Shown here in pieces: positions 12,310 to 25,100 of a DNA stretch of 64,000 nucleotides. Below the pieces are notes generated by a model, which had not been told where the DNA came from, ran no database searches, and saw only the letters and a program-made list of their open reading frames with translations. Position numbers and translations under genes: made by a program. Origin of the DNA: Lingula anatina (taxonomy: Eukaryota > Animalia > Brachiopoda). Within the stretch, counting starts at the first letter, position 1. Every line of letters begins with the position of its first letter. The stretch spans positions 3,472,001-3,536,000 of the forward strand of contig CM120647.1 of NCBI GenBank assembly GCA_051362555.1, read 5' to 3'.

Positions 12310-13106
12310 TATTTTCACTTTTTTTCAAACTTACTGTTCTTTTTCCAGATGAGCCTTTCCATTAGACACAATCAACTTTTAAATCCAACTTTATCAAAAT
12401 TATTAATGCTTAGCTATTTTAGTCTGATAAATTTATCACTTTTTAAAATTTAATTTCCATTTTTTTTTTTAAATACATCGTACATTTCTCTTCCAGGTGA
12501 CCTTTTCCATACAGCGTGGGGGCTTTTTTGGTGAACTGATTCTTCCTGTCTGGTCATGGCCAATTCCTATAGAAAAAACAGGCAGCAAAAGACAACAGCA
12601 AGAGCAATGGATTGTGTCATCCATGTCTACAATAGATGGTAGGCAAGCTTTGGGACATTGTCAAATGGTATGCTAAACCCCAATTCCAAAAACAAATTGT
12701 AAGGAGGAATCTGCATCTGGTATTGGTAGTAAGGAGAAGTCTTGAATGGGTATATATTGTTTTCCAGAAGACAATTATGGGTAATTTGTCACCTCTTACA
12801 CAAACAAACTCAAATCATAACATTTGATGTTTAATATGAAGCTAATTAGATGTTGTGAAATTGAAAAAAAAAAAATGTTTTTGATAATTCTCAGTCTTCT
12901 CACACAAATTGTCAATAAGCTACACTTCTATTACACACAGTCAGCTGATAAGCTTATCACAGATTTTTATTATTGTAAAGTATCATTTGTCCAAATTCCA
13001 CAAATAATGAACAAGATTTGTCAAAATTATTAACGTTTAACTATTTTATACCTTGGAATTTGGCAGTCTTTTCAGTGATATTTTCAGTTTTCTCAAATAT
13101 ATTGTC

Positions 13107-13141
<35 letters not shown>

Positions 13142-16100
13142 TTTCATTGAACCCAGGCAACTGATGAGCTTATCACAGATTTTTATTGATCTAAGGAATT
13201 ATTTGTAAAAATTTCACAAATATTGGACTAGATTTGTGAAAATATTAACATTTAACTATTTTAATCCATGGAATTTGGCAGTCTTTTCAATGTCATTTTC
13301 AGTTTTCTCAAATTTATATGCTCTGAAAAAATCTTTTTCTTTGGACATTGTCAACTTTTGTGCTTTTTCAGATTTTTATTGATGTTAAGCATGATATATA
13401 CAAATTTCACAAATATTGGACAAGATTTGTCAAAATTGTCAATATTTAACTATTTTATGCCATGGAATTTGCCGGTCTTTTAATGTAATTTTTAGTTTTC
13501 TCCAAATTATATGCTCTGAAAAAATCTTTTCCATGAGACACAGTCAACTGATGAGCTTATCACAGATTTTTATTATTGTTATGCATCATCTGTCCAAATT
13601 TCACAAATATTGGACAAGATTTGTGAAAATAATTAACGTTTAACTATTTTAAGCCATGGAATTTGGCAGTCTTTTCAATGTAATTTTCAGTTTTCTCCAA
13701 TTCATATGCTCTGAAAAATCTTTTTCATGAGACACAGTCAACTGATGAGCTTATCACAGATTTTTATTATTGTTATTCATCATCTGTCCAAATTTCACAA
13801 ACATTGGACGAAATTTGTGAAAATTATTAATGTTTAACTATTTTAAGCCATGGAATTTGGAAGTCTTATTAATGTAATTTTCAGTTTTCTCAAATTTATA
13901 TGTACCGAAAATATCCTTTTATTAGACAGTCAACTGTTAAGGTTAACTTTATAAAAATTCTTATTGTTTAACTATATCAGTCTGTGAAATTTGTCAATTT
14001 TTAAAATTTTCACTTTTTTCAAATATATTGTTCTTTTTCCAGGTGACCTTTTCCATACAGCTAGTGGCTTTTTTGGTGAACTGATTCTTCCTGTCTAGTC
14101 ATGGCTAATTCCTATAGAAAAAACAGGCAGCAAAAGACAACAGCAAGAGCAATGCTGTGTCTCATGATGGTATGTGGGAAGCTTTAGGACATTGTCAAAT
14201 GGTGTGCTAAACCCTATTCCAGAAACCGATTGTAAGGAGGAATCTGCATCTGGTATTGGTAGTAAGGAGAAGTCTTGAATGGGTATATATTGTTTTCCAC
14301 AGGACAATTATGGGTAATTTGTCACCTCCTACACAAACAAACTCAAATCATAACATTTGATGTTAAATAAGAGCCTAATTAGATGTTGTGAAATTGAAAA
14401 AACATTTTTTTGATAATTCTCACTCTTCTCATACAAATTGTTAATAAGCTACACTTCTATTACACACAGTCAGCTGATAAGCTTAGAACAGATTTTTATT
14501 GATTTTAAGCATCATTTGTACAAATTTCACAAATATTGGACTGGGTTTGTCAAAATCATTAATATTTAACTATTTTATGCCATGGAATTTGCAGGTCTTT
14601 TCAATGTAATTTTCAGTTTTCTCCAAATAATATGCTCTGAAAAAATCTTTTCCATGAGACACAGTCAGCTGATAAGCTTATCACAGATTTTATTGCTGTT
14701 ATGCATCATCTGTCCCAATTTCACAAATATTGGACATGATTTCTGAAAATTATTAACGTTTAACTATTTTATGGCACCGCATTTGGCACTCTTTTCAATG
14801 TCATTTTCAGTTTTCTCACATTTATATGCTCTCAGAAATGTTTTTCATGAGACACAGTCAACTGATGAGCTTATCACAGATATTTATTATTGATAAGCAT
14901 CATCTCTCCAAATTCCACAAATATTAGACAAGATTTTTGAAAAATATTAACGTTTAAATATTTTATACCATGGAATTTGGCAGTCTTTTCAGTGTCATTT
15001 TCAGTTTTCTCACATTTATATGCTCTGAAAAATATTTTTCATGAGACACAGTCAACTGATGAGCTTATCACAGATTTTTATTATTGTTATGCATCATCTG
15101 TCCAAATTTCACAAATATTGGACAAGATTTGTGAAAATTATTAACATTTAACTATTTTAAGCCATGGAGTTTGGCAGTCTTTTCAATGTCATTTTCAGTA
15201 TTTCTCAAATTTATATGTTCTGAAAATATCCTTTTTATTAGACATATTCAACTATTTAGGTAAAGTTTATCAAATTTATTGTTCAACTATTTTAGTGTGG
15301 GAAATTTGTCAATTTTTAGAATTTAATTTTCACTTTTATCAAACATATTGTTATTTTTCCAGGTGACCTTTTCCATACAGCGTGATGGCTTTTTTGGTGA
15401 ACTGATTTTTCCTGTCTGGTCAGGGCTAATTCCTATAGAAAAAACAGACAGCAAAAGACAACAGCAAGAGCAATGCTATGTCTCATCCATGTGTACAATA
15501 GATGGTATATGGCAAGCTTTAGGACATTGTCAAATGGTGTGCTAAACCCTATTCCAGAAACCGATTGTAAGGAGGAATCTGCATCTGGTATTGGTTGTAA
15601 GGAGATGTCTTAAATGGGTATAGATTCTTTTCCAGAGGAAAATTATGGGTAATTTGTCACCTCTTACACAAACAAACTCAAATCATAATATTTGATGTTT
15701 AATGTGAGTCTAATTAGATGTTGTGAAATTGAAAAAAAAAAATATTGTAGATAATTCTCACTCTTCGCATACAAAATGTCAAACAACTACAATTCTATCA
15801 CACACTGTCAACTGTTAAGCTTATCACAGATTTTTGTTATTGTTAAGCATCATCTCTCCAAATTTCACAAATATTGAACAAGTTTTGTGAAAATTATTAA
15901 CGTTTAACTATTTAAAGGCACCGCCTTTTGCAGTCTTCTCAGTGTCATTTTCAATTTTCTCAAATTTATTGTCCCAAAAAATCTTTTTAATGAGACACAG
16001 TCAACTGATGAGCTTATCACAGAATTTTACTGTTGTTATGCATCATCTATCCAAATTTCACAAATATTAGACAAGATTTGTGAAAATTATTAACGTTTAA

Positions 16101-19100
16101 CTATTTTAAGCCATGGAATTAGGCAGTCTTTGCAATGTCATTTTCAGTTTTCTCACATTTATATGCTCTGAAAAATGTTTTTCATGAGACACAGTCAACT
16201 GATGAGCTTATCACAGATTTTTATTATTGTTATGCATCATCTATCCAAATTTCACAAATATTAGACAAGATTTGTGAAAATTATTAACGTTTAACTATTT
16301 TAAGCCATGGATTTTGGCAGTCGTTTCAGTGACATTTTCAGTTTTCTCAATTTTATTGTCCAAAAAAAACTTTTTCATGAGACACAGTCAACTGATTAGC
16401 TAATCACAGATTTTTATTGTTGTTATGCATCATCTATCCAAATTTCACAAATATTAGACAAGATTTGTGAAAATTATTAACATTTAACTATTTTAAGCTA
16501 TGGAATTTGGCAGTCTTTTCAATGTCATTTTCAGTATTTCTCAAATTTATATGTTCTGAAAATATCCTTTTTATTAGACATATTCAACTATTTAGGTGAA
16601 GTTTATCAAATTTATTGTTCAACTATTTTAGTGTGGGAAATTTGTCAATTTTTTAGAATTTAATTTTCACTTTTATCAAACATATTGTTATTTTTCCAGG
16701 TGACCTTTTCCATACAGCGTGATGGCTTTTTTGGTGAACTGATTCTTCCTGTCTGGTCAGGGCTAATTCCTATAGAAAAAACAGACAGCAAAAGACAACA
16801 GCAAGAGCAATGCTATGTCTCATCCATGTGTACAATAGATGGTATATGGCAAGCTTTAGGACATTGTCAAATGGTGTGCTAAACCCTATTCCAGAAACCG
16901 ATTGTAAGGAGGAATCTGCATCTGGTATTGGTAGTAAGGAGATGTCTTCAATGGGTATATATTCTTTTCCAGAGGAAAATTATGGGTAATTTGTCACCTC
17001 TTACACAAACAAACTCAAATCATAAGATTTGATGTTTAATGTGAGTCTAATTAGATGTTGTGAAATTGAAAAAAAAAATATTGTAGATAATTCTCACTCT
17101 TCGCATACAAAATGTCAAACAACTACAATTCTGTCACACACAGTCAACTGTTAAGAATATCACAGATTTTTGTTATTGCTAAGCATCATCTCTCCAAATT
17201 TCACAAATACTGAACAAGTTTTGTGAAAATTATTAACGTTTAACTATTTTAAGGCACCGCCTTTTGCAGTCTTCTCAGTGTCATTTTCAATTTTCTCAAA
17301 TTTATTGTCCAAAAAAAGATTTTTAATGAGACACAGTCAACTGATGAGCTTATCACAGAATTTTATTGTTGTTATGCATCATCTTTCCAAATTTCACAAA
17401 TATTAGACAAGATTTGTGAAAATTATTAACGTTTAACTATTTTAAGCCATGGAATTTGGCAGTCTTTCCAATGTCATTTTCATTTTTCTCCAATTTATAT
17501 GCTCTGAAAAATGTTTTTCATGAGACACAGTCAACTGATGAGCTTATCACAGATTTTTATTATTGTTATGCATCATCTATCCAAATTTCACAAATATTAG
17601 ACAAGATTTGTGAAAATTATTAATGTTTTTACTATTTTAAGCCATGGATTTTGGCAGTCGTTTCAGTGACATATTCAGTTTTCTCAATTTTATTGTCCAA
17701 AAAAAAAAACTTTTTCATGAGACACAGTCAACTGATTAGCTAATCACAGATTTTTATTGTTGTTATGCATCATCTATCCAAATTTCACAAATATTAGACA
17801 AGATTTGTGAAAATTATTAACATTTAACTATTTTAAGCCATGGAATATGGCAGTCTTTTCAATGTCATTTTCAGTATTTCTCAAATTTATATGTTCTGAA
17901 AATATCCTTTTTATTAGACATATTCAACTATTTAGGTTAAGTTTATCAAATTTATTGTTCAACTATTTTAGTGTGGGAAATTTGTCAATTTTTAGAATTT
18001 AATTTTCACTTTTATCAAACATATTGTTATTTTTCCAGGTGACCTTTTCCATACAGCATGATGACTTTTTTGGTGAACTGATTCTTCCTGTCTGGTCAGG
18101 GCTAATTCCTATAGAAAAAACAGACAGCAAAAGAAAACAGCAAGAGCAATGCTATGTCTCATCCATGTGTACAATACATGGTATATGGCAAGCTTTAGGA
18201 CATTGTCAAATGGTGTGCTAAACCCTATTCGAGAAACCAATTGTAAGGAGGAATCTGCATCTGGTATTGGTTGTAAGGAGATGTCTTAAATGGGTATATA
18301 TTCTTTTCCAGAGGAAAATTATGGGTAATTTGTCACCTCTTACACAAACAAACTCAAATCATAATATTTGATGTTTAATGTGAGTCTAATTAGATGTTGT
18401 GAAATTGAAGAAAAAAATATTGTAGATAATTCTCACTCTTCGCATACAAAATGTCAAACAACTACATTTCTATCACACACTGTCAACTGTTAAACTTATC
18501 ACAGATTTTTGTTATTGTTAAGCATCATCTCTCCAAATTTCACAAATACTGAACAAGTTTTGTGAAAATTATTAACGTTTAACTATTTTAAGGCACCGCC
18601 TTTTGCAGTCTTCTCAGTGTCATTTTCAATTTTCTCAAATTTATTGTCCCAAAAAATCTTTTTAATGAGACACAGTCAACTGATGAGCTTATCACAGAAT
18701 TTTATTGTTGTTATGCATCATCTATTCAAATTTCACAAATATTAGACAAGATTTGTGAAAATTATTAACGTTTAACTATTTTAAGCCATGGAATTTGGCA
18801 GTCTTTGCAATGTCATTTTCAGTTTTCTCACATTTATATGCTCTGAAAATTCTTTTTCATGGGTCACAGTCAACTGATGAGCTTATCACAGATTTTTATT
18901 GTTGTTATGCATCATCTGTTCAAATTTCACAAATGTTGAACAAGATTTGTGAAAATTATTTACGTTTAACTATTTTAAGGCATGGATTTTGGCAGTCGTT
19001 TCAGTGACATTTTCAGTTTTCTCAATTTTATTGTCCAAAAAAAACTTTTTCATGAGACACAGTCAACTGATGAGCTAATCACAGATTTTCATTGTTGTTA

Positions 19101-22100
19101 TGCATCATCTATCCAAATTTCACAAATATAAGACAAGATTTGTGAAAATCATTAACGTTTAACTATTTTACACCATAGAATTTGGCAGTCGTTTCAGTGA
19201 CATTTTCAGTTTTCTCAATTTTATTGTCCAAAAAAAAAACTTTTTCATGAGACACCGTCAACTGATGAGCTAATCACAGATTTTTATTGTTGTTATGCAT
19301 CATCTATCCAAATTTCACAAATATTAGACAAGATTTGTGAAAATTACTAACATTTAACTATTTTAAGCCATGGAATTTGGCAGTCTTTTCAATGTCATTT
19401 TCAGTTTTCTCACATTTGTATGCTCTGAAAAATGTTTTTCATGGATCACAGTCAATTGATGAGCTTATCATAGATTTTTATTATTGTTAAGCATCATCTC
19501 TCAAAATTCCACAAATATTGGACAAGATTTGTGAAAATTATTAACATTTAACTATTTTAAGGCACCGCATTTGGCAGTCTTTTCAATGTCATTTTCAGTA
19601 TTTCTCAAATTTATATGTTCTGAAAATATCATTTTTATTAGACACAGTCAACTGTTTAGGTTAAGTTTATCAAAATTATTGTTCAACTATTTTAGTGTGG
19701 GAAATTTGTCAATTTTTAGAATTTAATTTTCACTTTTATCAAACATATTGTTCTTTTTCCAGGTGACCTTTTCCATACAGCATGATGACTTTTTTGGTGA
19801 ACTGATTCTTCCTGTCTGGTCAGGGCTAATTCCTATAGAAAAAACAGACAGCAAAAGAAAACAGCAAGAGCAATGCTATGTCTCATCCATGTGTACAATA
19901 CATGGTATATGGCAAGCTTTAGGACATTGTCAAATGGTGTGCTAAACCCTATTCCAGAAACCGATTGTAAGGAGGAATCTGCATCTGGTATTGGTAGTAA
20001 GGAGATGTCTTAAATGGGTATATATTCTTTTCCAGAGGAAAATTATGGGTAATTTGTCACCTCTTACACAAACAAACTCAAATCATAATATTTGATGTTT
20101 AATGTGAGTCTAATTAGATGTTGTGAAATTGAAAAAAAAATATTGTAGATAATTCTCACTCTTCGCATACAAAATGTCAAACAACTACAATTCTATCACA
20201 CACTGTCAGCTGTTAAACTTATCACAGATTTTTGTTATTGTTAAGCATCATCTCTCCAAATTTCACAAATACTGAACAAGTTTTGTGAAAATTATTAACG
20301 TTTAACTATTTAAAGGCACCGCCTTTTGCAGTCTTCTCAGTGTCATTTTCAATTTTCTCAAATTTATTGTCCAAAAAAATATTTTTAATGAGACACAGTC
20401 AACTGATGAGCTTTATTTATTGTCCAAAAAAATCTTTTTAATGAGACACAGTCAACTGATGAGCTTATCACAGAATTTTATTGTTGTTATGCATCATCTA
20501 TCCAAATTTCACAAATATTAGACAATATTTGTGAAAATTATTAACGTTTAACTATTTTAAGCCATGGAATTTGGCAGTCTTTTCAATGTCATTTTCAGTT
20601 TTCTCACATTTATATGCTCTGAAAAATGTTTTTCATGAGACACAGTCAACTGATGAGCTTATCACAGATTTTTATTATTGTTATGCATCATCTATCCAAA
20701 TTTCACAAATATTAGACAAGATTTGTAAAAATTATTAACGTTTAACTATTTTAAGCCATGGAATTTGGCAGTCGTTTCAGTGACATTTTCAGTTTTCTCA
20801 ATTTTATTGTCCAAAAAAAACTTTTTCATGAGACACAGTCATTTGATGAGCTAATCACAGAATTTTATTGTTGTTATGCATCATCTATCCAAATTTCACA
20901 AATATTAGACAAGATTTGTGAAAATTATCAACGTTTAACTATTTTAAGCCATGGAATTTGGCAGTCTTTGCAATGTCATTTTCAGTTTTCTCACATTTAT
21001 ATGGTCTGAAAAATGTTTTTCATGAGACACAGTCAACTGATGAGCTTATCACAGATTTTTATTATTGTTATGCATCATCTGTCCAAATTTCACAAATATT
21101 AGACAAGTTTTGTGAAAATTATTAACATTTAACTATTTTAAGCCATGGATTTTGGCAGTCGTGTCAGTGACATTTTCAGTTTTCTCAATTTTATTGTCCA
21201 AAAAAAACTTTTTCATGAGACACAGTCAACTGATGAGCTTATCACAGATTTTTATTGTTGTTATGCATTATCTATCCAAATTTCACAAATATTAGACAAG
21301 ATTTGTGAAAATTATTAACGTTTAACTATTTTGTACCATAGAATTTGGCAGTCTTTTCAGTGCCATTTTCAGTTTTCTCACATTTATTTGCTCTGAAAAA
21401 TGTTTTTCATGGGTCACAGTCAACTGATGAGCTTATCACAGATTTTTATTATTGTTATGCATCATCTCCCCAAATTCCACAAATATTGGACAAGATTTGT
21501 GAAAATTATTAACATTTAACTATTTTAAGGCACTGCATTTGGCAGTCTTTTCAATGTCATTTTCAGTATTTCTCAAATTTATATGTTCTGAAAATATCCT
21601 TTTTATTAGACATAGTCAACTGTTTAGGTTAAGTTTATCAAAATTATTGTTCAACTATTTTAGTGTGGGAAATTTGTCAATTTTTAGAATTTAATTTTCA
21701 CTTTTATCAAACATATTGTTATTTTTCCAGGTGACCTTTTCCATACAGCGTGATGGCTTTTTTGGTGAACTGATTTTTCCTGTCTGGTCAGGGCTAATTC
21801 CTATAGAAAAAACAGACAGCAAAAGACAACAGCAAGAGCAATGCTATGTCTCATCCATGTGTACAATAGATGGTTTATGGCAAGCTTTAGGACATTATCA
21901 AATGGTGTGCTAAACCCTATTCCAGAAACCGATTGTAAGGAGGAATCTGCATCTGGTATTGGTAGTAAGGAGATGTCTTCAATGGGTATATATTCTTTTC
22001 CAGAGGAAAATTATGGGTAATTTGTCACCTCTTACACAAACAAACTCAAATCATAATATTTGATGTTTAATGTGAGACTAATTAGATGTTGTGAAATTGA

Positions 22101-25100
22101 AAAAAAAATATTGTAGATAATTCTCACTCTTCGCATACAAAATGTCAAACAACTACAATTCTATCACACACTGTCAACTGTTAAGCTTATCACAGATTTT
22201 TGTTATTGTTAAGCATCATCTCTCCAAATTTCACAAATATTGAACAAGTTTTGTGAAAATTATTAACATTTAACTATTTTAAGGCACCGCCTTTTGCAGT
22301 CTTCTCAGTGTCATTTTCAATTTTCTCAAATTTATTGTCCAAAAAAATCTTTTTAATGAGACACAGTCAACTGATGAGCTTATCACAGAATTTTATTGTT
22401 GTTATGCATCATCTATCCAAATTTCACAAATATTAGACAAGATTTGTGAAAATTATTAACGTTGAACTATTTTAAGCCATGGAATTTGGCAGTCTTTGCA
22501 ATGTCATTTTCAGTTTTCTCACATTTATATGCTCTGAAAAATGTTTTTCATGAGACACAGTCAACTGTTGAGCTTATCACAGATTTTTATTAATGTTATG
22601 CATCACCTATCCAAATTTAACAAATATTAGACAAGATTTGTGAAAATTATTAACGTTTAACTATTTCAAGTCATGGATTTTGGCAGTCGTTTCAGTGACA
22701 TTTTCAGTTTTCTCAATTTTATTGTCCAAAAAAAACTTTTTCATGAGACACAGTCAACTGATGAGCTAATCACAGATTTTTATTGTTGTTATGCATCATC
22801 TATCCAAATTTCACAAATATTAGACAAGATTTGTGAAAATTATTAACATTTAACTATTTGAAGGCACCGCATTTGGCAGTCTTTTCAATGTCATTTGCAG
22901 TATTTCTCAAATTTATATGTTCTGAAAATATCCTTTTTATTGACATATTCAACTATTTAGGTTAAGTTTATCAAAATTATTGTTCAACTATTTTAGTGTG
23001 GGAAATTTGTCAATTTTTAGAATTTAATTTTCACTTTTATCAAACATATTGTTATTTTTCCAGGTGACCTTTTCCATACAGCGCGATGGCTTTTTTGGTG
23101 AACTGATTCTTCCTGTCTGGTCAGGGCTAATTCCTATAGAAAAAACAGACAGCAAAAGAAAACAGCAAGAGCAATGCTATGTCTCCTCCATGTGTACAAT
23201 AGATGGTATATGGCAAGCTTTAGGACATTGTCAAATGGTGTGCTAAACCCTATTCCAGAAACCGATTGTAAGGAGGAATCTGCATCTGGTATTGGAAGTA
23301 AGGAGATGTCTTAAATGGGTATATATTCTTTTCCAGAGGAAAATTATGGGTAATTTGTCACCTCTTACACAAACAAACTCAAATCATAATATTTGATGTT
23401 TAATGTGAGTCTAATTAGATGTATTGAAATTGAAAAAAAAATATTGTAGATAATTCTCACTCTTCGCATACAAAATGTCAAACAACTACAATTCTATCAC
23501 ACACTGTCAACTGTTAAACTTATCACAGATTCTTGTTATTGTTAAGCATCATCTCTCCAAATTTCACAAATACTGAACAAGTTTTGTGAAAATTATTAAC
23601 GTTTAACTATTTTAAGGCACCGCCTTTTGCAGTCTTCTCAGTGTCATTTTCAATTTTCTCAAATTTATTGTCCAAAAAAATATTTTTAATGAGACACAGT
23701 CAACTGATGAGCTTATCACAGAATTTTATTGTTGTTATGCATCATCTATCCAAATTTCACAAATATTAGACAAGATTTGTGAAAATTATTAACATTTAAC
23801 TATTTTAAGCCATGGAATTTTGCAGTCTTTTCAATGTCATTTTCAGTTTTCTCACATTTATATGCTCTGAAAAATGTTTTTCATGAGACACAGTCAACTG
23901 ATGAGCTTATTACAGATTTTTATTATTGTTAAGCATCATCTCTCCAAATTCCACAAATATTGGACAAGATTTGTGAAAATTATTAACATTTAACTATTTT
24001 AAGGCACCACATTTGGCAGTCTTTTCAATAGCATTTTCAGTATTTCTCAAATTTATATGTTCTGAAAATATCCTTTTTATTAGACATAGTCAACTGTTTA
24101 GGTTAAGTTTATCAAAATTATTGTTCAACTATTTTAGTGTGGGAAATTTATCAATTTTTAGAATTTAATTTTCACTTTTATCAAACATATTGTTATTTTT
24201 CCAGGTGACCTTTTCCATACAGCGTGATGGCTTTTTTGGTGAACTGATTTTTCCTGTCTGGTCAGGGCTAATTCCTATAGAAAAAACAGACAGCAAAAGA
24301 CAACAGCAAGAGCAATGCTATGTCTCATCCATGTGTACAATAGATGGTATATGGCAAGCTTTAGGACATTGTCAAATGGTGTGCTAAACCTCAATTCCAG
24401 AAACCGATTGTAAGGAGGAATCTGCATCTGGTATTGGTAGTAAGGAGATGTCTTAAATGGGTATATATTCTTTTTCAGAGGAAAATTATTGTTAATTTGT
24501 CACCTCTTACACAAACAAACTCAAATCATAATATTTGATGTTTAATGTGAGTCTACTTAGATGTTGTGAAATTGAAAAAAAATATTGTAGATAATTCTCA
24601 CTCTTCGCATACAAAATGTCAAACAACTACAATTCTATCACACACTGTCAACTGTTAAGCTTATCACAGATTTTTGTTATTGTTAAGCATCATCTCTCCA
24701 AATTTCACAAATATTGAACAAGTTTTGTGAAAATTATTAACATTTAACTATTTTAAGGCACCGCCTTTTGCAGTCTTCTCAGTGTCATTTTCAATTTTCT
24801 CAAATTTATTGTCCAAAAAAATCTTTTTAATGAGACACAGTCAACTGATGAGCTTATCACAGAATTTTATTGTTGTTATGCATCATCTATCCAAATTTCA
24901 CAAATATTAGACAAGATTTGTGAAAATTATTAACGTTTAACTATTTTAAGCCATGGAATTTGGCAGTCTTTGCAATGTCATTTTCAGTTTTCTCACATTT
25001 ATATGCTCTGAAAAATGTTTTTCATGAGACACAGTCAACTGATGAGCTTATCACAGATTTTTATTAATGTTATGCATCATCTATCCAAATTTCACAAATA

